A stretch of 64,000 bases of DNA from Azolla caroliniana (lineage: Eukaryota > Plantae > Polypodiophyta). The position numbers and the translations under genes were made by a program. Numbering within the stretch: position 1 is the first letter of the stretch; each line of letters starts with the position of its first letter. The stretch spans positions 2,108,001-2,172,000 of the forward strand of contig JBHGNT010000010.1 in assembly GCA_043228905.1 (NCBI GenBank), written 5' to 3'. Shown in pieces: positions 11,750 to 23,438 of the stretch. Under the pieces are notes generated by a model. It did not search any database and was not told the DNA's origin. It saw nothing but the letters and a program-made list of their open reading frames with translations.

Positions 11750-14049
11750 CTATCCCTAAAGGATAGACCACTCAATAACCTAATTATGTAATTGGTGGTG
11801 GGAACAACCACACTGGTGGTGCTAGGCACCACATGGGTCTTGCATTCTATAATGTGAGAAAAGGACCCTTGTTCTAGTAGGCGATAAATTCGAGGCGTTG
11901 CAACACTGCAACATCTGTCTCACCTTTAATTTCATCATACCGCCCTTTTAAGGTATGCACCATATGCACCCAAATGTTTCGTACACTTTCCATGGGATGA
12001 ACAATTGTATTATCAAACACCTTAGAACATCTAGTAGTCCAAATAAACCACATTGTGGTGGTGCATTGCAACTCCCAAATCTCTTGCATTGCTTTTAACA
12101 TATAAGGAATTTCCATATGACTTCGTTGCACCACCCTTATCCTTCCTCTTTAATTTTTTGAATCGTATCATTTGGACATGCCTCATATGGCCACATCATT
12201 TGTGCTATCGTAGCCCATAATACCATACCCCACGAAAAACTGCCATCCCTACACATAAAGGTTAGAATTTGGAACACTCTTCCCCAAACTTGTTGTGCAA
12301 CATGACATTCCCACAAGCAATGCTTCAATGTCTCCGTCTAGCAACTACAATAGATGCATTGACCGACTGGTAATGCTCTATGTATTACTAGTAGTTGAAA
12401 GACATTTATTTTTATATCCTGTTTCCTTGCCCATAATGTCCTCCAAAACTTTGCTAAAAATTCGGATGTGACCCCTTGATGGGTCCAAAATAGACTAGCC
12501 CGTGGTGTAGTCCTACGTTGAGCCGTCAAAATGTGTCGCCCAATCTTAATTGAGCACTGAAAAAAACCACGCCTTTTTTCCAAACGGTCAAATGGATCTT
12601 TCCACCAAAAAGCAACCTTATCAAGGGTTATTTTAGAGAATGTAGCATATTGCAAGGTCTTTGGTTATATCGTTGATCTACGTATAACATCATCTTCCTC
12701 CACATCATAGTCTTGAAATCATCTAGAAGACAAATATCCCCTTACCCCCACCATCACTTGAAGCCGTGTAAATGCCCCTTCCCACCCAGGAGGATTAAAT
12801 GACCATAACATAGAGGATGAGTGTCCAAAAACCTCTTGCACCTGGTCCCACATAATCTGCTCCCCTCTCAAGGAGGTAAAATATTCCGACCTTTCATTCA
12901 TATGCAAAGTAAGAAAGGATTTCCATGCATCAATTGATGCTCCTGGCCTTGCATCGAGCTTGGCCCAATCCAATCTCCTATGACAAATGCATATTTAGAT
13001 TCCACACTAAGTGTTGTCTCAAGTATTCCTCCTCACATGTCCCAATCCTTACTGTACATGCTCCCATGCTCTTAGCAGACTATTATAAAAAATTTGTCTT
13101 CCCAATTCCTAGTCATAACATATTTCTTGTCTAGTATAAAGATCCATCTTATACTATCACTCCATAATCCACCCATAGGTGGAGCACAACGATACAGTCT
13201 TTCCATAAGCAGTTATTTCCAAGGGGCATGTCCTGGTAAAACGCCACGAACTATTAACTTTGTTAACAAGGACATACATTGATCTAGGGGATCAATAATC
13301 CCCAGACCACCATGTTGCTTTGGGGTAATCAACGTACATCATGCCACCTTCGCTCTTACATGGCTCCTATCCTCCCCTGCCCATATGAAATTTGGAACTA
13401 GTGTTCTAATTTGTCCAATGCTTGATTTTGAAAAGATCCAAGAGGAAGCTATATACCATATCGTAGATAGTAGCACATCGTTGGCAACTATCACTCTACC
13501 GGCCAAAGATAACTTAGCATGGCTCCATAAGAATAACTTTTTCGTCAAAGTTAATAATAATGGGGCAACATGTAATTATGGGGCCAAATCAATACCGACC
13601 TGCACTCCAAGATATCTAACTGCGACTCCCCTTTGAGCCCGTTGGAAAGTAGGATGCAATACCCAATGAGGTGGTGATTCCTTGCTCACCCAAAATGCAA
13701 TAGTTTTTCCCAATTTAGATTAGCTTTGGATGTTGTACAAAACTGTAATAAAGCCCCTTCTACTTGTTGCAAATTCGTTAAGAGTCCCATCCACATATAA
13801 CACAATATCGTCTGCAAATTTAGAGTCCAATATATCTTGTCCACTTATTGGCATCACCAAACCACACAAGCCCATAGATTGTGCTGATAGAAATACATGC
13901 ATTGCTTCCGCAAACAAGAGAAATAAAAATGGTGCAAGCAGACAGCCCCAACGGACGGGCCGAGAAATGTTAAATTGAGGTCCTACTCCTCCTGCCAACA
14001 ACATCTAACTACGTGCATTCCTATAAAGACAAGAAACACCCTTAATCCA
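11750..14049 (-). mobile_element. Degenerate L1-type LINE ORF2 (RT C-terminal half + zf-RVT), truncated by an LTR
   Basis: Fragments GCLLAPFLFLLFAEAM, KFADDIVLY, RYLGVQVG, LSLAGRVIVANDVLLSTIWY, KHCLWEC and WCLAPPVWLFPPP, with many stops and frameshifts. Left boundary approximate. Confidence 0.9.
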
Positions 14050-14770
14050 TGTTGTGTTGAAGCCCATGTTGGGAAACCAGTCCCTCCGGATAGGATATAG
14101 ATGAGAACCGGACGAGTCGAAAGAAAGAACTAGTCCGAATGGGATCTAGAAGATATTCGGAAACCGGACCGGATGGATTCAAACGGTATCCGGTGTAAAC
14201 CGGAAACAGGGACAGATTTGTCAATAGGTTTCTTGTGGGCCGTTGAGGTTACATTTGAAAATAGCCCTAAAGTTATATAAGTATAAATATAACTTAGGGA
14301 AATCATAATGGTAGTCGCTATTATTGTAGTTGTTGTATAGAGAGAGATAGGACGGGGGTAAGTAAGAGTGAGTGTGCATGTTACAGAAGGTCATTCTATT
14401 GTAATTGTCTGAAGATGAAGATATAGAGTTTGAGATCGTTGCCTTTGAGTTTGTTGTTGTTTGTACCTTCTCACATATAGTGATTTATTCGAGTCTAAGG
14501 GGTCCCATGGTTTTTCTTATTAGGGTTTTCCACGTAAATATTCTGTGTCATCTTATTTCCATTCTTTTCTTGTTTCTTCCATTGTGTGATTAATACTTGG
14601 TTATGGCCGAGCATCATTTTTCTCAACAATCTGGTATCAGAGTGACGACAACGGAAAGAAGATGGAAGATTCCTTCGGTGGCATGTTCAAGCTCACCAAG
14701 TCCAACTACCCAGTTTGGAAGTCGAAGATGAGGGACATGTTAGTGGTCAAAGATCTCTGGTTGCCGGTGA
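14050..14770 (+). mobile_element. Ty1/Copia 5' fragment: LTR (14050-14628), PBS, start of gag
   Basis: TGTTG...CAACA LTR, tRNA-iMet PBS TGGTATCAGAG at 14632, and gag start MEDSFGGMFKLTKSNYPVWKSKMRDMLVVKDLW. The LTR is related to the one at 25810. Confidence 0.85.
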
Positions 14771-15202
14771 TGTGGAGAATTTTGGCCACAAGGTGAAAAA
14801 GAGATTGAATGCACGTGAACGGGGGTGTACATTGATGCACGCGAACATGTCTTTATGTACAAACATGTAAATAGTAAAGTTTAGTTTAAGTATTAAAGGG
14901 GGTACTATGTAGGTGCGAATGATAAGTACAAACCCACACGCACGTAGAATATCATCTAGGGAGAGAATCAAGGGAAATCGCAGTCCAGAAGGTTGCTTTT
15001 ATCAATGATATAACAACCTCTCCCTTGTGCTATAAAAGGGGAGGTTGGAGGAGAGCTAAGGTATCCAGGAATTAGGAGGACTAAGTGTTGCCGGTTCGAG
15101 TGTCGAGCTATATCTCTCTCATCTTGTGATCAACACTTATTTAGGAGTGACGCCTTTGCTCGCTCAGGAAGCCCGTGAGCTCCTGAGCCTCTTTTGGGGA
15201 CA
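14771..15202 (+). mobile_element. Solo LTR without matching TSD
   Basis: Begins TGT exactly where gag stops, has TATAAAAGGGG at 15031, and ends ACA where the LINE reading frame begins. Flanks GGTGA/ATCAG differ. Confidence 0.55.
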
Positions 15203-16425
15203 ATCAGAGCAGGGGCTCTTGGCACCCAATCCGAGTGGTGGCACAGGTTGACAACATCTGGAAGACAGACCTGGATGTTGCTAAGGTGGAACCCCATTGG
15301 AGGTTAAGGGTATACGGTTGTCGCCCCCTTGTCGATCTGGATTGGGACCCAGGGGATTTCAGATGGAAACATGACGATAGACTCCATCACTTCTTCGATT
15401 ACACCACTAAATTGGGTCGGACTTTGCAGCTGCAGCTAGGCAGCCCCCTTTGCAATGGCTGGCGAACATTGGGCATCCCCGATGAGGCGCTCATTACCTT
15501 TTGGAAGGGTCTCTGGCATCTCCACATGCCTGAAAAGATCAAGCTCTTTTGGTGGCAGATTGGTCATAATGTGGTGCCCGTTGGCGAATGGCTAGATAAA
15601 CGTGGTGGCCCGTTAGGCTGCCCACTGTGCTCTCGACCTATTGAGACTTTGAGACATTTTCTGTGGGATTGCCCTCAAGCTCAAAAGGTCTGGGATAGAG
15701 TGACTCACCTCCTTGCGGCATGTGAAGTTGAAGGAACAACCTCGTGGAGCACTACAACATGGATTGATCACTCGGTCGAAGGGTGGACGGACACCGTCAA
15801 TGCGAATAGTTGGTGCTATGTATGCACGAGAGGCAAAATCGTCAAGATCCGTTTCGAAAGAGGCTTGCAGCCCGCATCCCCTAGGTTTCCAGAAATCTGG
15901 ATGTTGATCGCAGGTTTGACCTTGTGGTATATATGGAAAGCGCGTTGCCTCAAGGTTTTCCAAGGTACAGTACGGCCCCCGGAGGACGTGATCATGGACA
16001 TATGGTTCGCGATTATCAGCTGCCTATGAGGGCAACTGGAAGAGATTTGCAGCCACTCCAACGACGTGGTCTTTGCCCGTTGGCGCTTTTGGCAGAAATG
16101 GCGGAACACACCTATGGTGACGCAAGGCGGGAGTGGCCCGAGGTGGAACTACCAGCTCCCACGTTGGTTGTTTCCTACTCACTTGCCACCCTCTCTTCGT
16201 TGTAGGCCCCAAGAGCCGACTCGTACTAGGCAACATTGAAGGGCATCGCCTTAGATATAGGTAGCTTCTTACATTAAGTTAGGCCGCAAGGCATTGTAAG
16301 TAGGCTCATCTTCTTTTACTTGATTGGAGGAAGACTCCCCGATGTGTGTATAAGTCTTCTTGTAGACTCTCTATGTAATAATCCTTCCTAACTAATGGGA
16401 AAGTAGCTTCATTTTGGTAAAAAAC
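15203..16425 (+). mobile_element. L1-type LINE 3' portion (zf-RVT, C-terminus, 3' UTR, short A tail)
   Basis: ORF 15235-16029 has KIKLFWW, CPLC..ETLRHFLWDC and LWYIWKARC; a frameshifted C-terminus follows; the 3' UTR ends in ...CATTTTGGTAAAAAAC. Confidence 0.9.
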
Positions 16426-17514
16426 AAGGAGTTTTAAGAGGAAAAAATTAGAATAAGCAAAATATCCTCTCCTTCCTCTATACTTTCCTTTCCAACCATT
16501 TCATTCTTATTTTTGCATACTTCTCTTATAGAAAGAAAGACATAGACCATAAACCAAAACCCCTAGTCATAATAGTAAATTTTGTCGATTTTTTGTTTCA
16601 TTCTAACAATTACTAATCAAAAGTTATGCAGAGCTAAGTTTTCTCCCACTTCAATGGCTTAACGGTTTTCCATGTGAAATCAGGGTCATCACGACCAAAG
16701 TGACCATATGCAGGGATCTTCTACTAACATTTATTTCTGCCTCTGCAAAGGTCGTGGATAGCCATCATCCCAAGTCCAAAATCATTGGGATTAGGGTTTC
16801 CTAAAGTAAAAATATTTTCATCATTTCTTTTTAATTGCAGGAATAAAAAGGAAACACAATGAATGCATAAAGCTATTTTCCTAAACTATTATACATTCCT
16901 TGACCAATATGCACAACCAAACTTGGTTTCTACCAAGCTCCTAAGAAGAACAATGTTTAATCATTTCTCACGATTTTATTTGCATGAAAAAGGAGAAAAC
17001 ATGCCACAATGAGTGAAGAACAAGGCTCAATATCCACCAAGGTCACAAGACGAATACATACTTGGACAATGCAACGACAGGCAAGTCACGTTGCAACAAT
17101 ACTCTCCAAAACTTGCCTCAAAATGTAACATCTACTCCAATCAACCTTGGTAGGGTCCTTCCTAAAGAAAGCACCACCCCATGAGGCTTCTCAAGACCAA
17201 AAGAGCTCTTCTTGCCTTGGAAATGACAATAGCAAATACACAAATTAACATGGAAATAAAAACATGAGAGAGAATGTTGCAATTGCATGTGTGCATGCAT
17301 ACAAATACACCCATAGAAACACAGCCATGCCTATATGCAAATACACATGCACACATGGACACATACAAACATGGTTAAAAATTGATATGGTACTAAACCA
17401 AGAACCCTCGGAAAATGGTATGGATCTTGATGGCAACAAATTCCCACCTTCTTGTAGCTCATCCTTGCTTGCTAAAGGAGGGCCACTTCGAAGAGGTCGA
17501 TCACGCTCATGGCG

Positions 17515-17551
<37 letters not shown>

Positions 17552-18094
17552 GGACTATAAAAGAGTAAGTATTAGACATGGTGATTCTATTAAATTGTTC
17601 TTAATATATTAAAAGTTATAACTTTAGAAACCATAGAGCCTCTAGCAAGTGGATGGTGGAAGCAAAGAAAGTGAATGGGACCCTGCTTTTCTATCAGGAG
17701 TATTTCATTTTATGAAAAAGCCTCATAAAGCCTGTATATGCCCGGGTTCATATATCAAATTAAACCCTAATCTTGGCTTGAAAAGTTGAAGCAAGAAGTG
17801 GCCGAATAAAAAAAAGTGTTTGATTTTAGTAAGTTTGCTTTCAAAAGAGAGATTTGAATCATATCTCCTCCCTTAATGCCAAAGTATACTTTGTATTCAA
17901 GAAGGAAAAATGAATTGCAATGAGTTTAATGGTGTTTGACCTTTCATGTGATTAGGAAATTCCACAACAATGGTCCCATGAATTTGAGAAGTTACCACCG
18001 GAATGGCCAGCCCAATTGCGAATTCCGCAACTGCCACCATTAACACTAGTAAAGTGTGATTAACCCATCATGTTGTCAGAATATACAGAAAATA

Positions 18095-18145
<51 letters not shown>

Positions 18146-18362
18146 TTTTCTGTTTTGTCTCTCTGTGTCTCTCTCCCATTTTTTCCCCCACATCCAACCC
18201 CCTCCCCTTTCTCTCTCTCTCTCTCCAAAACTCATCATCATTTATTAACAAAATTACCAAGGTAACAACTGAAATTAAGACAAAAAACAAGGAAATCCAT
18301 TCAATTCTCAAGAGAATAAAATCATCATCTAGATCATTCTGAGCACAAACACACTAACTTCA

Positions 18363-18970
18363 TCAACGATTCGGTGGAGAGACACCGTATTGTTGCGTTT
18401 CCATGTAGCATGAATTGAAGGCTTGCACTTATAGTTGTTGTGACCTTTCCCTCAAAGTCCACAATACTTCTTACCAATAGAAGTAAGACCTCTCAATTCA
18501 TGGTGTTTGTGCATAGGATTGCACAACCAATTGATACTAGGATCCTGCCGAATGAGAGTATGAGTTGGATCCACAAGAATAATCTCAAAATATGTGTACG
18601 TTGAATCCTGATTAATCTAGTAAGAGTTCAACACACGTAAACCTCCAAGCTTTCGTCCAGCTCTCTCCTCCGCAATAGAGTGCAAAGTACGTCAGAATTT
18701 CAATTGTGTAACACCCTGGTTCTTTGGTTTACCATAAAAAATACCTTTGGAGACATCCCTGTTATGTCCCCTCCTCACACGAACACGGTAGATGACATAG
18801 CCCTGTTTTTTCTTGTAACCGAGACGATGAGTTTTGTTTGGCTGGGTAGGGCGAGTGATGCAAACCATTCCAGGAAGTTGCCTATACTCCCAGCAACGAA
18901 CATGAAGAAGGAATCACATGACATTGAAATTTTTCTTCCTCCATAGCTCCTCATATTTGTAAGCACCCAT
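18363..18970 (-). pseudogene. RPL15: Processed (intronless) pseudogene of 60S ribosomal protein L15 (eL15)
   Basis: The minus strand reads MGAYKY..ELWRKK..[17 protein letters not shown]..[65 protein letters not shown]. It is full length and contiguous, with stops and small indels. Confidence 0.92.
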
Positions 18971-19314
18971 CGATGACGTTGCTCCATCTGTGCGTGCTTG
19001 AGCGAGTCTCTCTCTATGTCTATGTCAAAAAGGTCTCTCTCTCTCTGATCAAATTATAGAGTTAATCATAGAAATCCAAGCCATACATAATTTTTTACTA
19101 CAAAGCAAGGCAAGGCAAGGCAAGTCTCATCACATAGCCCGATTTCTCCCTTGATTGTCTCAACACAAAGCAATATATATTGAACTTGTTTTGATTAGGT
19201 ACCACAGAGCAACAACACATGCTATCCAAGGTTTATGACTCCCCATTACATGTCATTTCAAAAGAAGGGGAGGTCGGCATTGTGATGCTGAACTATCAAG
19301 AATGACATTCTGAT

Positions 19315-19815
19315 CTATCTTATCCTGTTGACATCATTTATCTTCATCTTGTTGGTTGTGCATGCATGTGCCAAAGGCTGAAAGAAGTTTCCATAGACAT
19401 GCTCAAGGGAATATGAAGCATCTTCATGGTCATGGTAATCATCATGCAGGGAAAGGATGTGGCCATGCCACTCCCACACGCGTTGCCCCGTGGAGGCATC
19501 ATCATGGAATGAGACACATACATGGTGGCCAGCGATGGGGACAGATTTCCCCAAGTTAGGTTGAAGTAGGGTTTCAAACTCTCCGGAAACAATGAGTTGG
19601 ACGACCTTGGCCTCCAGGGCTGCTTCGAGGAGGGCCACCTTGGCACAACCACTGGAGGAGGAGGAGGATGAGGATGAGCTGGATGATTGCAAGTGGAGGA
19701 GATGGCAGTGGGCCGTGGAGGTGCTTTGATCTTCTTCTTCTTCTTCTTCTTGCACTGCTTGGTTCATGAGCATCAGGGTTGTGGCTGCAGTGGCAAGATC
19801 CATGGCACCTTCCAT
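19315..19815 (-). CDS. Small uncharacterised plant protein (166 aa)
   Basis: Low-complexity acidic/Ser-rich N-terminus followed by a compact domain LQPNLGKSVPIAGHHVCVSFH..RVWEWHGHI..YSLEHVYGNFF, which I recall from uncharacterised land-plant proteins. Start ATG 19815 is chosen by inference. Confidence 0.7.
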   Translation of the reverse strand: MEGAMDLATAATTLMLMNQAVQEEEEEEDQSTSTAHCHLLHLQSSSSSSSSSSSSGCAKVALLEAALEAKVVQLIVSGEFETLLQPNLGKSVPIAGHHVCVSFHDDASTGQRVWEWHGHILSLHDDYHDHEDASYSLEHVYGNFFQPLAHACTTNKMKINDVNRIR

Positions 19816-19984
19816 GGCGGTGAGGCCGTTGCAGGATCCATCACCCTCCAACTTCTCTCCCCCCCCCCCCCCCCCCTTTCTTCTTTTCCCCAGAATATAT
19901 CCTTTCATTACTTATAAACAATTATTACAAGAATGTTGACCTACCGTCGGGCTACCTATATTGCATTGTATCATATTGTATTAA

Positions 19985-20335
19985 TTGCATTATTGTATAT
20001 ATATGCATTGTATGTATGGCATGTGAGTATGTATAATGTATCTATGTGTTATGTGTGTGTATGTTCTATATATGTGCATATGTATGTATTATATATGGGG
20101 CATGTGTCCATGTACATATGTGTTATGTGTGTGTATGTCCTATATATGTGCATATATATGTATGGCATGTGTCCATGTACATAGTGTTATATGTGTGTAT
20201 CGCATGTGTGTACATACGTATGTGCTATATGTGTGTGTATGTTCTATACATGTGTGTGTGTTCTATATTTCTACATATGTATGTATTATGTATTGTATAT
20301 ATATCACATGTCTATGTATGTATGTATGTGTCCAT
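19985..20335. repeat. Degenerate (TA/TG/ATGT)n low-complexity tract
   Basis: Visible compound microsatellite; similar tracts occur at 10680-10900 and 21430-21600. Confidence 0.85.
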
Positions 20336-20454
20336 TTAGGTCAACGAAATCATCCACCCCAAAGTTATTCAGAAGACAGTAATTACTTCCATGGCCATAC
20401 TCATGAGAAATATGTGTGGATCGATGGGTAATTAGCAATCAATTCTACTAGCGG

Positions 20455-21396
20455 TTAATATGGATGGATCAGATCGATTAGGTTATGATTATAGTAATTG
20501 TGGGTGTTGTAGAGGTTATCCTCAATTAGTGCAAAATCGTGGTAGTAGGAATCCACCGAGAATGGCTCTAAATCGAACTGGAAATCAGCCGCAAAAGATT
20601 CTGTCCACTCTAATTCACCTGAATAACCAATGGAATCATCACAGCCGGAAGAAAATTCCAGGGGATGGTCTCTTGTGGTCGAATCATAAAACTCCTGGAT
20701 CAATTGATCGCCCATCGCCCACTGATTACAGTCCGCGATTAATTGAAGATCATTACTGTAAGCCATTGATCCTTGCCATTTGATCAGTGGATTCTGATCA
20801 GGGGCAATTTGGCGATGATTTGGGGCGATAAATCCTGGATCAAGGAGTAGATTGTGATGCTCGGTCTGTTTAGGAGCCAGATTCTGGGAATCGATCTGAA
20901 AGTGGGCAGATTCGGATTCAAGATGATTGGGGTTCTGAGTAAGATTGGCGGGTAGGTTGATCTGACGGTGGGGAGAAAGAGGAACGACGAATCCTAAATC
21001 ATTCACAAAGGGGCCATGGATTGGGCAATTCTGGTCAGCACAACGAGGGGTACGATCAACGGGGGTCATGATGAGCCGCCCATGCTCTTTCTCCTCCGCC
21101 ACCACAGTCTGATTTTGCTTCTGATTCTGGATGTGATGATGATGGGAGGCATCTTGATGAACAGGTGCGGCCATGAAATCTCCATGGCCATGAAGGATCT
21201 TGAGGTGAGGTGCGTGGGGAGATGGAGATGGAGATGGTGATGGCGGAGGAGGAGTGCGGCCGGTGAGGAGTTGGACAGTGCACATGAACTCGGAGAGGGG
21301 GATTTTTAGAATCTCAGGCTCGTAGGTGTGGATGATTCGACGCGGCGATGCAGGGCTTTTTTTTTTCTTGGGGGGGGGCTGGGGTGGTTTAACTAT
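20455..21396 (-). CDS. VQ-motif-containing protein (5' end unresolved)
   Basis: The frame of the 276-aa ORF stays open upstream of its ATG: IVKPPQPPPKKKKSPASPRRIIHTYEPEILKIPLSEFMCTVQLLTGR, which contains FxxxVQxLTG at 21259-21288. There is an in-frame TAA at 21397-21399 and no ATG before the motif. Confidence 0.7.
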   Translation of the reverse strand: MVKPPQPPPKKKKSPASPRRIIHTYEPEILKIPLSEFMCTVQLLTGRTPPPPSPSPSPSPHAPHLKILHGHGDFMAAPVHQDASHHHHIQNQKQNQTVVAEEKEHGRLIMTPVDRTPRCADQNCPIHGPFVNDLGFVVPLSPHRQINLPANLTQNPNHLESESAHFQIDSQNLAPKQTEHHNLLLDPGFIAPNHRQIAPDQNPLIKWQGSMAYSNDLQLIADCNQWAMGDQLIQEFYDSTTRDHPLEFSSGCDDSIGYSGELEWTESFAADFQFDLEPFSVDSYYHDFALIEDNLYNTHNYYNHNLIDLIHPY

Positions 21397-21899
21397 TTAG
21401 GTGGGGCAAATAACGCTTTCCCTTATTTATGTATGTGTATTTTTTGTGTTTGGTATGTATATTTGTATGTGCATATTTTTTACATATATTCATGTTTAGT
21501 CAGTATGCATGTATATATGGGTGTAATGTATGTATACACATATTCATGGATGTAATGTTTAAATGTAGGTATGTATGCTAAAATAATGCATGTATGCTAC
21601 TCCAAATTCGACTATTGTTTCTCCATCTCGTCGTTGCTGAAAATAGAAGATTGAATCAAACTTTCTAAATGAACATTTTGTGTGCACAATATATTCTTTA
21701 CTATCTCATTGAAATATATAATATTTCATGGGCTTATGTAATTTTTTTCTCCAGCATAATTGATAATACCCTTATGTAAATATATTTTTTATGTATTTAT
21801 TAATACCCCTATATATACATTCTGTATCTCAATGGTTAATTTAAACCCCTTTTGATGAACTCACGTGCTTCATACAAGTTTTGACAGTGAAACCCCCGG

Positions 21900-23438
21900 G
21901 ACGACATCCTCATTTTTTTTTCCAACTGGGAGGAGCACACACACCACATCCGGCTGGTTCTCACCAAACTCCGGGAATATGGGCTCTTCGCCAAAAGTGA
22001 GAAATGCGAATTCGATAAGACCTGTATCGAATTCATGGGTTACATGATCTGACCTATAGGGATAACAATGGATGAACGCAAGGTAGCGGCAATCACTGAT
22101 TGGCCTCTCCCGACTCGGTTGAAAGAGGTACAATCATTTTTGGGTTTTGCAAATTTTTATAGATGATTTATAGACGGGTTCTCTTCCCTAGTCCAACCTC
22201 TCATCTAGGTTATCCGAAAAGATACTCCATTTCTTTGGACCCCCGTAGCACACAATGCTTTTAATGCCCTCAACGCAACTTTTCTCTCCATCCCTGTGTT
22301 AGTCCACCCCGACCCCACTCGCCCTTTCCAGGTTGAAACTGACGCCTCCGACTTTGCCATAGGTGCGGTCTTGTCTCAGCCCGACGACAATGGCACCCTG
22401 CATCCGGTCGCATTCTACTCTCGGAAATTTACAGCCCCAGAAATCAATTATCCGGTCTACGACAAGGAGCTTGTAGCTATCATCTCGGCCTTCGCCGAAT
22501 GGCAACCCTATCTGGCTGGGGCCCAACATTGTATTCAGGTGTTGACTGAACACAAGAATCTCAATTAGTTCACCACCACTCGTACATTGAATCAGAGATA
22601 GGCTCGTTGGTCATCTTTTCTCGCCAACTACGACTTTGGAATCTTGTTTCGACCCAACGTTCAACATGGGAAAGCGTATGCTCTCTCTCGGTGACCCGAC
22701 TTTGCACTACGCCCAGGTGACGATGCATATTCTCAGCAATCGCATTGTTTATTGCGGCCCGATCAACTCCACATGTTCGCAACCTATATGTTGCATGATG
22801 ATTCCTTGCTCAACAAGATCGCCCAAGCAACCACATCAGACCTTGTCGCTACTAACATCATGGCGTGCCTCAACAACCCATCTCAGGAAATGCAAAGCTC
22901 GGATCTCAGTCATTTTACAACTCAGGATGGGCTACTCTATCATAATAACCTCCTTTACGTACCAGTTGGCACATGTCGCATCCGAGTACTACAAACTTGC
23001 CACGATGATCCTCTTGTCAGACACTTCGATGTCACGAAAACGCTGGCATTGTTGTCTCGGGGGTTTTGGTGGCTCCAACCTTGGAAATTGGTCAAAGAAT
23101 TTATCAAAACTTGTGACGTCTGTGCTTGCTCCAAAGCGACTCACCATCGTCCATACGGCCTTCTACACCTACTTCCAATTCCTAGTCGACCTTGGGCATC
23201 TATGACACGGTGCTAGTGGTCGTTGATCGGTTTTCGAAGATGGCTCACTTTGTCCCATGTTCGAAAATAATTTCCGGGGAGGAAACGACTGACCTTTTTT
23301 TGAAAAATGTCGTCTGATTACACGGTTTCCTTGAGGATGTCACTTTTGATCAAGGTCCTCAATTTATCTCCCACTTTTAGCACCGACTTCTATAGACATT
23401 CAAGACTTCTGTGAACTTGTCTACCGCACACCACCCTC
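21900..23438 (+). mobile_element. Ty3/Gypsy (Tcn1-like) pol remnant: RT end, RNase H, integrase N-terminal part
   Basis: [50 protein letters not shown] and VVVDRFSKMAHF, with many stops. Closely related to the element at 24682-40640 and cut at STAHHP by an LTR. Confidence 0.92.
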
